64,000 nucleotides of DNA from Salpingoeca rosetta (lineage: Eukaryota; Protista; Choanoflagellata). Of this stretch, positions 38,578-51,945 are shown in pieces. A program made the translations under genes and the position numbers. How positions within the stretch are numbered: the stretch's first letter is position 1; each line of letters begins with the position of its first letter. The notes below the pieces were generated by a model. That model searched no databases and was not told the DNA's origin. It saw nothing but the letters and a program-made list of their open reading frames with translations. The stretch spans positions 1,166,990 to 1,230,989 of the forward strand of contig JAWQFM010000007.1 in assembly GCA_033442325.1 (NCBI GenBank), in the 5' to 3' direction.

Positions 38578-41500
38578 GCACACACACACACAAGCACACA
38601 CACACACACGCACACAAGCAGCAAGCAATCAGGAACAGGGTGAGCATCCGCAAACGACACCCAAAGCAACCCAGTCATCATGCAAGTACACACATACAAG
38701 TACACACACCACGCACTCTTCAAGCGACAGCAAACAGGGCAACGCACCACTTCAGACTGCTGCCTGACAAGCAGTTCAACAGCATCGAGCATCGTGTCCA
38801 GAAGCACAAGATCTCCCGTGCACCCGCACGCTGCGAGTGACTGTTGATCAAGATGGTGGTGGTGGTCGTCGTCGTCGCGGTCGCAGGAATGGTGGGGGAT
38901 GGCGGAGGAAATGAGTGGGGATGGTGCAGGTAACAAGAGGACACGCGTGAGGTAAAGTGAGTGAGGTACATGGTTGCAAGCAGTGAAACAGCCATTTTGT
39001 GCAGGAACATGTGTGAGAGGTTGGTTTCCTCGTCGCACCTTGGCCAAGTCCGGGATGTGTTCCTCCAGCTTGCGAATAGCGCTGAGGAGAAAACAGGGAA
39101 GGATGAGACGGAAGAACAAAAGCGCAAAGGGCCGAGAGACGTCAGACAGATGTACCAAAATGGCACAAAAATGGCGGCAACGACGCCAACACCCCAACAA
39201 GGCACAGCAACAGCAAGCAAATGCCCAACGAAACAGCCCATATGCATGCATGCACGCTCCAGGTGTTCCTTGCATGTTTGCTTGCAGGCACGCTCACCGG
39301 GTTGTGAGAAGGGCAGCGACGGTGTCGGCAAAGGAGCGCTGGAGAGAAATGGACATGGACAGGATGGCCGGCGCGAGGGTGGAGATGAGCTGCGTGATGT
39401 GGTGCAGCGTCTCGCCAAGTCGGTCCTCGTAGAAGCGAATGCTGTGCGCAATGCAGTCCAGAAATCTGCCGAGCAAACGAAGGATGAGACGGATGCACGC
39501 GTGTTTTGTGTGGTGTGTTTTGTGTGTGTGTGTGTGTATAGGTGCTTTGTGTATGTGTATGAGGGTGTGTGCGTGTGTGTTTGTGTATGTGTGTGTGTTT
39601 TGTGCATGTGCATGTGCATGTGTGTGTGTGTGCGTGCGTGTATGTGTGTTTTGTGTGTATGTGCATGTGGTGTGTGCGTTTGGGGGGGGGGGGGTACGCA
39701 ACGCAACAACACCGCTAGATGAACCATGCATGTCATGGCAGCAGCAGCATGCAGACAACACCCAAATACTCAAAGGCCACCATCGCACAGGCATGCGTGA
39801 TTCTCGTACTCTGCAAGTAGTTCCTCCAGCAACGGCCGCGACGTGCAGCAAGACAAAGATCGGCTGTTACACACACATACACACACGCACGCAAAACAGG
39901 TGTGAGAAGTGCAAGTTGCTCGATTTGCTCGAGTTACTTGTGTGCGTGTGGTGTGCGTGAGAACATGGCTCTCGTATGCACGTGGGTAGGGGTTATGACA
40001 AATGAGCGATCAAGCCTCGTGTTGTAACGTACAACGACATGTTTGAGATGAGCTGCTGCACCCAGCGGGGCGGGAGCGATGATCCCACGGCGGTTATCAT
40101 CTCCTTGACCAGACCAACAAACCCGCGTGCCGCTTCAAGAGACTCCTCCTTGTCTGCAGTGGCACGACAAAGAAAGGCAGCGTGGATGGTGAGTGCTGTG
40201 CTGATGCGGCGCATGGGAAAAATCACGGACGAAGTGGAGCTGAGAAAAGAAAAGGGGGAGGGGGGGGTCGTATTGTCACCATTGTCACCATTACCCATGC
40301 ACCTGACACGAACACGAACATCTACTCATGTACACACATACACCGAGACCACCACCCATCATCATCACCCAAGATCCCCCACCGCCGCCACGCAACACTG
40401 TACCGAGGGCTGTGAAGGAAAGGAGGTTCTCCATGGCGGCCTCGATGGCCTTCTGCACCTCTGGCAGGGACTGCTTCATCGCCGGCGTGCGCTCCGAGCG
40501 GAACGACCGGCAAATGCCCGTCATGATCGAGCACGCCTGCACAAAGTTGCCGGGGGCTGGTCGAGGGGTAGGGGGAGGCGGAGGGTATGGTGGCAAGGGG
40601 AGGACGGGCGTTGTGTTTGAGGTGGGGATGGAGAAGGAGAAGAGTGTATGGCAAGACAAACATCGACGACAGAAGAAAGTGGTGTGGCATCGAGTGTTGG
40701 TGAACGGATGGTATTGTGGAGTGTGAACATCGGGTGGAATGATGTGGCGACGTCAAAACGTTTTGGCACGGCGATACGTGTCGCCTTGAGGAACAGCAGC
40801 AAGCGCGTGCCCTCACCTGCACCGCCGGCGAGTGATTCCTGCAGAGGACCGCTTGCGTATGTCACCAACTCCTTCAGCTGGGAGGTACGCTCATCCCACA
40901 ACTGCACGCAAGTTCAATGCAAAATCGACGATGAAGGCAAGAGAGGCCGTTCATTATGGAAGCACTCCCCCCGGTGATGGTGGTACTCCAAGACGCAACG
41001 GTGCACTGCGTGCGTTCTACACTACACCCAACACAACACACACACACACCCAACACACACACACACACATGCACACGTATGGCACACTCAAACATCACCC
41101 ATCCGCACCGCCACCATTGCCCCACCTGCTCCTGTGCGCTTGCGCCGTCCCATTGCACGACGAGGGCGGAGGACACGCCGGAGACGATGAGGATTTGCGT
41201 TTCAGAGTCGAGCGGAGCCATGTTCTCAAGCAGCATGCTCACGAGCGGCGCGTACCTGAGGCGCAGCACACATGTGCACATGGTTGGGTGAGGAAGGAGA
41301 ATGAGGGCATGCAGAATGCGCATCGCTGTGGGTGAAGCACCACAAACCAATGCCAACAACACACTCACACACACACTCACACACACACACACACGCACAC
41401 TCACACTCACGCACACACACACACACTCACGCACCACACGCACACACACACAAAACTGGAACGCAAGCAAAACCATGCACGTGTGCACAACTAGAGTTCC

Positions 41501-42554
41501 CGCCGTCTCCCATCCTTCGCCGCTTCTGTCGCAACGCACTCATCGGCCTGTCGCACGATTGGCGTCTTGATGGTTGATGTGAGGACGGCAAAGAGGCTGC
41601 ATGCGGCAGTGCGCAGCGTTGGAGCAACAGCCGTCTCCATCGTCTGCCCTATTGCACTCAGAATCTGCGACACAATGCCCTGGAGCACGCAGCAGTTGTG
41701 TTTGCGCATGTTGGTGAGTGGCACTGCATACACGGCAGGTCAAGGCAGAAAGGGAGAAGGGGGGGGGGTTGTGTGCACCCAAAACACCATCACCGCCGGC
41801 ATCACCACCAGGGTGGGTTTCGCTGGTGTAATTGTTCTGCTCACGTTGAGGACTTCGATGTTGATTCCGGTCCCAGCAATTGCTGCTTTCGTGCACTCGC
41901 GCAGCCACGGGCACAGTGCCTCAACAGAGACCAGCAGCTGCAGCATGTGGTGTGTGCGTATGTGTGTACAATGCAGAGGGTAAGATTGTGTGCTGTACAC
42001 ACCAGAACATGAACCTCGCATCACACACAATCATACAGGAATGAGCACGGACAGAAACAGCACCTGCACACAGAGGGGGTCTGCAATAAAGTCATGCGCG
42101 TTGTGCAGACCGGCAGACAAGCTGGCATGGTGGACCAAAGACACAACGACAGACACACACACACACACACACGCGCGCGCGCATAAGGGAAGAGGGGATT
42201 ATGAGGAGGTGAGTGGCAGATGCGTTGAGTCGAAAGTGTGTGTGTGTGTGTGTGTGCGTGTGCGTGCGTGTGCGTAATGATGATGGCAACTTGTGGAACA
42301 AACGCGCAGCACGATCCCACAGCCCCTCGCCTTCGATTACAACGCTGTCTGTGGATCCCTTCATTTCCCACCACCGCCACCACCACCACCACCGATGCCG
42401 TGTGTCGTGTGCTCACATGCTGAAGAGGACGTTGAGCGACATGTCGAGCATCTCCTTGCCCATGGCCGCGTAGTTTTCAAACTGCGCGGCAAACACGTCA
42501 GCAACCCTGATGAAGGCGACATCCACGAAACAAAGAGGGGGCACGGAGCGAACG

Positions 42555-42621
<67 letters not shown>

Positions 42622-43423
42622 ATAGGATGACGTTAGTGAGTAGATGATCCCTGCAGGACGGCCAACCTCACACACCATTTCTCGAAGCGTGCGCAAACAA
42701 CCATAAAATATCAAGCACCAGAGACACGACAGATGACACAGCATGATGAGAGCATGCACGTGTTGAGAGGGGTTCACACGAACATTGCGAGCATCTTGCA
42801 CATGGCGGAAAGATCGCGGCAGGCGTAGTGGAAGTACACCATGTCCTCCTCCACCGCAAACTCAATGCGAGGGCCCTGTGATGGTGATGGGGGTGGTGAT
42901 GGATGAAGACGTGAGTTTCAAGAGGCATGGTGAACTAGCAGATACGTTGACGCACGCACGCACGCACGCACGCACACACAGACAAACCGACAACCAAAAC
43001 ACAGCCAAACAAGCAAAACACAGCCAAACAAGCAAGAACAACCAGCACCTCTGGGGTGGTGGTAGTCTTGGAGCAGCCTGTGAAGATGACGCCAAGCTTG
43101 TCCATAAACTGCTTCCCCAAGATGCTCAGCACATCCTGCTGGTACAGCCGCGTTGCGCCGCTCACAAAATGAGCGCATTTGTCGATACACTGGTCGTACT
43201 CGCTAGGCTCCGCGTCCTTCTCCTGCCTGTAGTCGAGCTCAGTCATCATCTCCGTCTTGGTCAGCTGCATCTTGTCTGTGATGCGCTCTGCAATCTGAAC
43301 CAGCACCTCGCGACAGCTGTGGTCGTAATGGTGTTGTGTGTGCGTGTGTATGTATGCGTGTGCATGTGTGGTGTTGGAGTGAGATGGCACTGTGTAAGCT
43401 CGTGCGAATACAACAACAACAAT

Positions 43424-43477
<54 letters not shown>

Positions 43478-43483
43478 AACAAT

Positions 43484-43551
<68 letters not shown>

Positions 43552-44167
43552 CGGAAGATCACCGCATTGTGCACACGGACCTTTCTCTCAAACCAGCCAG
43601 TGTGTTGCTCGCGTCCTCCAGCAGCAGATCAATGAGTTCGTTCAACACCTGCACGCACGCACACACACGCACGCACGCGGCATGAGCACGTGAGGTGTGA
43701 TGCATTGCATCCGTGCATGGGTGCTCTTTCGAGTGCACATGAATGTGTGCGTGTATTGTGTGTGTGTGTGTGTGCTCGCGTTTCTGTCCGCCTGTCTATC
43801 CTTGTGCCTGCGTGTGCACACAACTGCGCAATAGCTGAATATGGTGCAGGTGGCAGTTGCAGCACGTACGTCCATGGCTTCGAGGAAGAGGTGCGCGGGA
43901 AGCTGATCAGCAAGACGCATGATGTTGAACACAGCACCTGACCATGCCGTTTCAAGTATGAACGTTGCGATGCGATGAACAAGGGCATGAAAGTTGCAGT
44001 GAGTGCACGCATGAATGGCTAAACTCCACCAACGCTGATAAGGACACGAGCAACAACGACCCTGGCTTCCTTGTTCCTCCCTCCTTCCTCGCCATGCTGC
44101 CACGTGAACACCCAGCACATGTGTGTGTGCTTGTGTGTGTGTGTGCTTGTGTGTGCTTGCGTGTGTA

Positions 44168-44236
<69 letters not shown>

Positions 44237-44854
44237 ACTGACTTGCGAGGCTGATGTTTGGGTCAGCTGCAAGGCGTGGAAGGTAGTTGATGACAAACAG
44301 ACGCAAATATTCCACCAACGCATCCAGATACCTGCCAACGAACGCGCACGTGAAATGAGACGACGAGCCAGCGTAAGCACGGCTGAACAGGTGCAACTGT
44401 TACAACACACGCGCATACGCAAGTGAACACGCACATGTCCACACACACGCGCGCACACGTCCCCCTCCCACACACGCACAGACGTGCACATGTCCACACA
44501 TGCACGTGTGCATCTGCCACCCATCAGCACGCACGACTCACTGCTCGTCCAAAGACTGGTTGAAGCTTGCGTTTGTTTCCATGCCCTGCAGCGCTTCGTT
44601 CAGCAGCTGTAGTGTCAGCTCAAACACCTGAAGGGAAATGTGCACAGACCACAACCACAGGTGCGTGCAAGCTAAGTAGGATGTCTTACAGAAGGGCACG
44701 TGTGCTTTGTGCGCGTGCGTGTGCGTGTGCGTGTGTGCTTTGTGGTTGTGTGTGTGTGCTTTGTTGTGTGTGTGTGTGCTTTGTGGTTGTGTGTGTGTGT
44801 GTGCTTTGTTGTGTGCTTTGTGGTTGTGTGTGTGCTTTGTGGTTGTGTGTGTGG

Positions 44855-44918
<64 letters not shown>

Positions 44919-45146
44919 CGGCCTGTCCGTGGTGGGGGACGTACGAGCTGAATGTATCCCCCAAAGGAGGGCGGGATGAACCGCTGTGCGTGGATCTCAT
45001 TGAAACATCTGCAACACAATCACCAACGCAACACAAACAGCAAAACAAGGCAATGCAAGGCGAGATTGTGCATGAGAGCAAAGGACATCATTGGCACAAC
45101 GGATGCAGCGTATGCGGCAATGCATGCATGTTCACTCACACGTGCT

Positions 45147-45204
<58 letters not shown>

Positions 45205-45216
45205 GAGAGACAGAGA

Positions 45217-45310
<94 letters not shown>

Positions 45311-45596
45311 GAGACAGAAAGAGAGAGAGAGAGACAGACAGACACAAACACACACACACACACACACACAAACGTACACGTGCACATACACAAATACCTG
45401 AGTGCTTTGCATCCAATGCGGGAGTCGGGCTGATGGATGAACGTAAAGTCTCGCAGCACCATCACCACTTCCTCCGTCAACAATCTGACAGCCACAGCAA
45501 AGTGTGCAATCACACACACAAAATCACATGTGGGTGAGGTGCAAGATGCGTTCAGTGCTTGCTAGCTCCCAGATTTCCAGGGCCGAAGAGCAAATA

Positions 45597-45674
<78 letters not shown>

Positions 45675-46637
45675 ACATAACCGTGTGCGCCTTACTTTGA
45701 GAGTGGGCACCAGGAGAAAAAGTGACCAATGGCTTCGAGGGCAATGACGGTGTGCTCCAGGTTGCGCGTGTTGAAGTGGAGATTGCCGCTTCCAGACTGA
45801 AAGGACAGATAGCCATGCCATGTACATGCACGCACATATGCACACGTGAAGTAGACATGCGTGAGGCATGATGTGACCTGAAATCAGAGATGTGTCAAGC
45901 ATCTCGTTCGTATAGAAACGCAACAAACGCAATCATCACACCCTGCGATCACACCATTACGTAGCCCGACATGTACACGCTTGGGTATCTGCCATGTACG
46001 TGTTCCATCCCTCACACTCACTTACTCACATACTCTCTCTCACTCTCTCACACACACTCACATCCTCACACACATACATACATGCACACATACACGCACT
46101 CACTCACTCACACAGACACGCGCACACACACCTGTGGCTGCAGTGCCGATCCGAGCATGTCGTCGGCCGGCGAGCTGCGCGGGGCGTGGACGGGGCTGCT
46201 CTGGCCTGCCTTCTTGCCAGAGAGCACGCCAATGTCGCCAAACGTGCGCGCCTCATGTAAGATGGCCTTGAGTACAGACAGCACAATGTCCAAGAACTCC
46301 GGCATCTGTACAACACATGTGGAAATGTGTGATTCATGTGAGAATGTGTTTGTGTGAGATCGTGCATGAGGCGGCCGTTTGCATCTACTACCCTCCTCCT
46401 CCCCCTTCTTTCTGCGTGGATGACACGCCGTGCAAGTAAGCATGCATCGCGATGCAGATCTCAGCTTAACTCTGACTGAAGCCTTCACACCCACCAACAA
46501 ATACAAGCGAACCCTTGTGCAGAAAAGACAGCCATCGCCCACACCATGCGCTTTAACAAGCCAACAACACAACGCACAACAGGCGCACACTCATACAGCA
46601 AGCACACACTCATGCAACACACACACACACACGACAC

Positions 46638-46676
<39 letters not shown>

Positions 46677-47274
46677 CGTATACACGACACACACGACGGC
46701 GTACCCTGTGCAAAACGGAATCGGAGAGGCGGGTTGCCGGACTGAGGGAGCACTCCTCGGAGAGCATCTTGACGGCGGTGAGCCCCAATGCCAACGTGTC
46801 GGGACGCATGCACCACTCCTTGATGATGTCGAGGAAGCGCGGGAAGTAGTCGCGCCACTCGGCTTGGCCGATGGCAATGAAGACCTGCAACGCCTTGTTG
46901 CGCACAAAGTGCTTGAGGTCGGTGAAGTTTGATTCGAGAAAGTCCACCAGGAACGCCTTGACTTGGTCGCGCTCGTCGGCGCCGAGCTGGGACCAGGTGT
47001 TGTGGACCGTGTGCTCCAGCACCGTGGCCGAGTAGAACAGCACCATGCTGTTGGTGGACATGCTCATGAAAGCGGAGGCGAGGTACCATGCGTGCGGCTG
47101 GTCCTTGAAGTTCTGCAGCTCGCGCTCAATCAGCTCCTTCCGCTCTGGCGTGATTTGCGGGTACGCCAACTCTTCCACCACGCTTTCCAACCCCATCAGC
47201 TGAGCTTCAATCTCCGCGTTGCCCCCATCGCCGCCACCACTGCCACCGACAACACTGCCGCTGCCGTTCATCAT
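38105..47274 (-). CDS. XPO6: Exportin-6-like importin-beta family protein (more than 20 exons)
   Basis: Exon 1 (47274-~46705) reads [73 protein letters not shown], which matches the recalled XPO6 IBN-N region. Downstream helical exons include [10 protein letters not shown]. Last exons are [17 protein letters not shown]|[17 protein letters not shown]. Confidence 0.82.
43409..43551. repeat. (CAA)n array in an XPO6 intron (reads GUU after the donor in the pre-mRNA)
   Basis: About 47 CAA/TAA units seen directly. Confidence 0.95.
45149..45340. repeat. (GA)n/GACA compound microsatellite in an XPO6 intron
   Basis: Seen directly. Confidence 0.95.
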
Positions 47275-48402
47275 CTCGCAGGCAAGCCGTGCAGTGCTGT
47301 GGGTGCCTCCTGTGGGTGCCTCCTGTGTCTGCTGTGCTCGCTGTTAGGGTGAAGTTGGTTGGTTGGTTGGTTGGTTTGGTTCAGGTCTCCGCCGCCTGCT
47401 TGCTTGCCTGCCTTGTTGCTTTGCTTGCACAACCAGACAGAGGCGACCGACCAGCCAGTGTGAGTGAGCGTTTTTTTGGTTTTGCGGCCTCTCTCTCTTA
47501 CAATCCCCTCGAATCGACCAGAAGAATACAAAAAATTTAACTGCAGGACTTTGGATTCGATGTGCATTTAAGGACATAAAGACGTACGTCACGACTTACC
47601 ACACAAGCAAGCCAAGCACAAGAAGCAAGCAAGACAGCGTGGCCTTTGGTAGTTTGGTGTGCTCGCACAACCACGCACATCTCACAATAAAAGGGTGCTC
47701 TGTGGCGTTGGCGTTGACGTGACCCACCCTTCGGTGCCACTCGCGTCCCTTCCTTTCGTTCCCTGCGCGCGGCTGCTGCTCTCCTCGAGTGTGTGCAGAC
47801 GGCACCCATTTTGGTTGGTTTGGCTCTGTGTGCGTGTGTTGGATTTACAAACCACAAAGTCGCATTGGCGTGTGCTTTTGTGTTTGGTGTGTTGTTTTGG
47901 TTTTCGATCGACCGATTGTGCGTGTTGTCTTGGGTGCGTCTGCGTGCTGGTGCTTGTTCCTCTTGTGTGTTTTGTTTGGTTTCTGTTGAGTTTTGCCTCG
48001 CTCACTCGTCCGTGCAGAGGCAGCAGTTGTTGCGTTTTGTGTGCAACTCGCGCCTCGGTGTTGCTCTGTTGCTCTGTTGTGCGAGTGTGAGTGAGGCAGG
48101 GAGTTAAGAGAGTCAGAACAAGACACAGAAATTGTGAGAGGTCTTCGCTAACGATTGGCCCTGTGTTTGCGTCTGTCACTCACGCTACTGTTCGTCGTTC
48201 TCCTCCACTCTTCCGGCGTGCGTTCTTGTTATTGTCCCTCCACCCCCCACAGAAATACCTTCCTTCTCAACTCATCCACCTCTCCCACACCAGTGTTCCT
48301 TGCTGTCGTAGCCCCTCTTCCTGCTACTCATCAGCACTACTCCAAGGCCTACATTGCTGCCTCCCCTTTGTTGGTATCTGATCCTCGTTACTCGCCCCGT
48401 TA

Positions 48403-51201
48403 ATGGAGTGCTTCGTGCTCGCCATGGCGGACCTTCCTCCAATGCACCACCACCAACAACAACAACAGCACCAGCACCAGCAAGGAAGGTGGTCTGGGTT
48501 GCCGATTCCCAACATCTCCATCCAAGAGCATGAAGACGCGTTTACTTTCGATGACGCGCCTGCGCACGACGGCACAGCCCTCAATCACATCAACAACAAC
48601 AACACCACCACCACCAACACTAACAATAACAATAACAATGACACGGCGGACAAGAGCCAAAACGGATCGACAAGAAGCGGCAGCAGCCATGGTGCCAACA
48701 CTGCAGCCATCACCAACACCACGAATGCCCACAACGCCTCGTCCACCACGGGCCCGCCGCCGCCGTCCGTTGTCGTCACACAGCCAGATGACGATGACCT
48801 ACCCATCCCCGCTGGTGATCTCGGCATCATGGACGATGATGACCCCTTCACGTTCTTCGATCCAGCAGGCGACATGCCCGGGCTGAGCGGCGCGGACGAC
48901 ACGGAGTTTGCGGCCTCCAACCGCTCCTCCCGCCGAAGCAGCTACACAGACTACGACGCCAGCCACGACGCCAGCCACGACATTGACGAGAGCTTCCGCG
49001 CGCCCTCCCCTCATCGCCGTGCGACCGTTGGCGAGGTGATGGTGGAGCGCCGGCGCATGCTGTCCCCTCGCCAGGCCCGCCGCATGAGCCTGACTGCCGC
49101 GCCGACCACGGGTGCTGCCCTGCGCGGAACAAGCCTCTCTCCCACGCGCCTGCGCGACACGGACACCATCCCCGCGCCGCCAAGCCGCGTCGTGCACTCG
49201 GCCCGCCAAAGCCCCGTGCCGCGATCAAGCGCATCTCGCAGCGTCAGCCCCGCAGGCAAGCGCACAGCTGCTGCCGCCGCCGCCACGGCCCACCCGCGCT
49301 CGCAACACTCCTCTGCGCCGACATCATCTGCAGCGCTGTCGACGGACATGGGTGGCGACAAACCACAGCAGCACGGCCGCGACCACGACAGCGACACGGA
49401 CCACCCGCGCACGAAGAAGCGCACGCAGCACCGGCGGCACTCGCTCCACCAAGACCACCACCACCAGCAGCAGCAGCAGCAGCAGCAGCACCATCAGCAG
49501 CAAGCGCACCGCCGTCACAGCCAGCCGAACCAGGACGAGGACTTTGACTTTGACACGGCGTCTGCATTTGGCAACGACGACGACCAGGAAGGGTCTGCCG
49601 GGTACAAGTCGAAGCTTGCAGGCAAGCGCGGGCGCAGGCGACGGGAGATCATGCAGGCCATGAAGCCCGAGGAGCTTGAGCGGGAGCGGGAGCTGAAACT
49701 GCAGAAGAGCCGGCAGTCTGCGCGCGAGTGCCGGCGCCGCAAGAAGCAGTACATCCAGCGCCTTGAGGAGCGCATCCGGCAGCTGGAGGCAAAGACGCAG
49801 ACGCAGGCCAGCGACCTCGCCCGCCTGGCCCAGGAGAACGCGGCACTGCGCACGCAGCAGGGGCTTGATGCAGGCACCCCGGCCTCCTCTGTGGTGGGAC
49901 CGCCGTCGCCTGCGCTCTCCTCCATGCGCGCATCCTCCATTGGCGACGCCAGCAGCCTGGCCACCGCTAACACCCTGAACAGCAGCACCGTCGCAGGGGA
50001 CACGCCCAGCCTCAACAGCAGCGGCCTCAACAGCAGCGGCCTCAACAGCAGCGGCGTGGCGTCCATGGGTGTGCAACCAGAGCGCACCTTCTCTGCTCCC
50101 CACGCCGTGCCCCACATCACCAATGCTCCCCCCACCACCGCCACCAGCGCCGCCACCGCCAACACGGCAACAGCACCACAGGCGCCGGGCACGCACGTGC
50201 TGGGCCGCACAGTGTCTGCGCCCACGGCCACGACGGCAAGCGCAGCACCGCGCTCCCAGGTGGACCCGTCGACACTCCCGCCCTCAGGGATCATGGGTGC
50301 TCTGGAGAGCAGCCGGGACACAAGCTTCGACGCGCTGCCCTCACCGCTGTGTGGGCCAACGTCCTTCTTTGGTGTCAAGTTCAAGAACGATCAGTCACAG
50401 CAGCACCAGCACCAGCCACATCACCAGCCACATCAGCGCCAAGGGCAACCTGGCAGTACTGACGGCAGCAATGGTGGCCAGCACATGGCCAATGGTGGTG
50501 GCGGTGTCAACACAGGTGGAAGTGATGCGCCGGGCAGCACGCCCGTGAGCCCAGTAGTACTGCAGAGCCTTTTGTCGCAGCTGCACCGCCAAGAACAGCA
50601 GCTCAAGTCCCTGCAGCAGCAGCAGCAACACCAGCAACAGCAGCAACAACACCAGCAACAGCACCAACACCAACAGCACGGTGCAGCGAATGCGATGCAG
50701 GCTGGTCTGCTGAGTCTGCTGCAACAGGTGCAACTCAACACTGTGCAGGCACCACAGCCGCCGGTCACGTACGCTCCGCAAGGGCAGCACCAGCACCAGC
50801 AGCAGCATCACTACGCCCAGCGCCAGCAGCCGCCCATGCAGCAACATCAGCAGCAACATCAGCAAGGCCAGCAGCGGCCACAGGAGCACTTCAACAGCAG
50901 CGCCGCGCTCTTTCCTCTGCCCTTGGACACGATGCCCAACATGCCAACAACAACATCAGCGACGGCACATGTGGCTGCCAAAACCGCCACAACCACAGCC
51001 ATATCCACGACCACGACCGCGTCCATCGCCACCGCTGTGACCAGCACGGGCGGCACGACGTCGATGCCACCACCACTTCCGTTTGATTCGCCGTCAAAGG
51101 CAGCGCTGGAAGTGGAGCTGCTGCTCGCGGAGTCGAGCGATCTCATGTCGCAGTTGCACGCCGACACATCTGCCGCCGCCCCGCCGCAATCGTCCGCGTA
51201 G
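48403..51201 (+). CDS. Intronless 932-aa bZIP transcription factor with a CREBL2/REPTOR-BP-type basic region
   Basis: Single long ORF. GKRGRR...ELKLQKSRQSARECRRRKKQYIQRLEERIRQLEAKTQTQASDLARLAQENAAL (basic region plus leucine zipper, ~49620-49850). Flanked by Q/H/S/T-rich disordered regions. Confidence 0.88.
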   Translation: MECFVLAMADLPPMHHHQQQQQHQHQQGRWSGLPIPNISIQEHEDAFTFDDAPAHDGTALNHINNNNTTTTNTNNNNNNDTADKSQNGSTRSGSSHGANTAAITNTTNAHNASSTTGPPPPSVVVTQPDDDDLPIPAGDLGIMDDDDPFTFFDPAGDMPGLSGADDTEFAASNRSSRRSSYTDYDASHDASHDIDESFRAPSPHRRATVGEVMVERRRMLSPRQARRMSLTAAPTTGAALRGTSLSPTRLRDTDTIPAPPSRVVHSARQSPVPRSSASRSVSPAGKRTAAAAAATAHPRSQHSSAPTSSAALSTDMGGDKPQQHGRDHDSDTDHPRTKKRTQHRRHSLHQDHHHQQQQQQQQHHQQQAHRRHSQPNQDEDFDFDTASAFGNDDDQEGSAGYKSKLAGKRGRRRREIMQAMKPEELERERELKLQKSRQSARECRRRKKQYIQRLEERIRQLEAKTQTQASDLARLAQENAALRTQQGLDAGTPASSVVGPPSPALSSMRASSIGDASSLATANTLNSSTVAGDTPSLNSSGLNSSGLNSSGVASMGVQPERTFSAPHAVPHITNAPPTTATSAATANTATAPQAPGTHVLGRTVSAPTATTASAAPRSQVDPSTLPPSGIMGALESSRDTSFDALPSPLCGPTSFFGVKFKNDQSQQHQHQPHHQPHQRQGQPGSTDGSNGGQHMANGGGGVNTGGSDAPGSTPVSPVVLQSLLSQLHRQEQQLKSLQQQQQHQQQQQQHQQQHQHQQHGAANAMQAGLLSLLQQVQLNTVQAPQPPVTYAPQGQHQHQQQHHYAQRQQPPMQQHQQQHQQGQQRPQEHFNSSAALFPLPLDTMPNMPTTTSATAHVAAKTATTTAISTTTTASIATAVTSTGGTTSMPPPLPFDSPSKAALEVELLLAESSDLMSQLHADTSAAAPPQSSA

Positions 51202-51219
51202 CGCAGTCGTGTGGTTGAG

Positions 51220-51271
<52 letters not shown>

Positions 51272-51945
51272 TCTGTTTGTTTGAGTGTTTTGTGTTTGTT
51301 TGATTTGCCTGCCTGTGTATGCACTTTCAGAAAGAGTTGGTTGGTTTATGTTAGCTTGTTGACCTTTCTCCCTAGAAACGAGTGTTTGGTGTCTTCCAGA
51401 CTGTGTGTTGGTTTCCTTACCGTGTGCTTGATGATGCGTGTGTGTGTCTCACTCACCTTGCATGTCCATTGTCACTTTGTTATTCCGGGCGTGCGTTTGG
51501 CATTGCGCGCGCCCAGCTACATGTTGTTGTGGGTTTCACTCAATCAGTTCTTAATGGTCTTACACCTCAGTTTCCCCCCCCCCCCTTCTCTCACCTACAC
51601 GTTTCACAAACACGTTTACGCCCACTCGCACCGTTGTGCTTTACATCATACTCCACCCGTGTTCCTTGATGTGTGTCGTGTTGCGCTTCCTTGACTCGTT
51701 GCGTGTGTTGTTATTCTTGTTCTTTGTGACTGATATGTTGGATGCGACTGCAGGTGTGCAGTGTGCAACCAACCCCTTGGCCTGTCCCCCAAAGTAGTTG
51801 ATATCATCAATCCAACCAGCAAGCAGCGAGCCATCACACCATCACACGCCGCAGCGAACGCGAGACACGGGAAGAGAGGGGGGGGGGGAGGATGGTTAAC
51901 AAACAAACAAACAAACACACACACACACACACACACATGTACCTG

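Noticed and set aside
49011-50889. Long antisense ORFs over the bZIP gene
   Set aside because: Expected shadow ORFs of GC-rich coding sequence.
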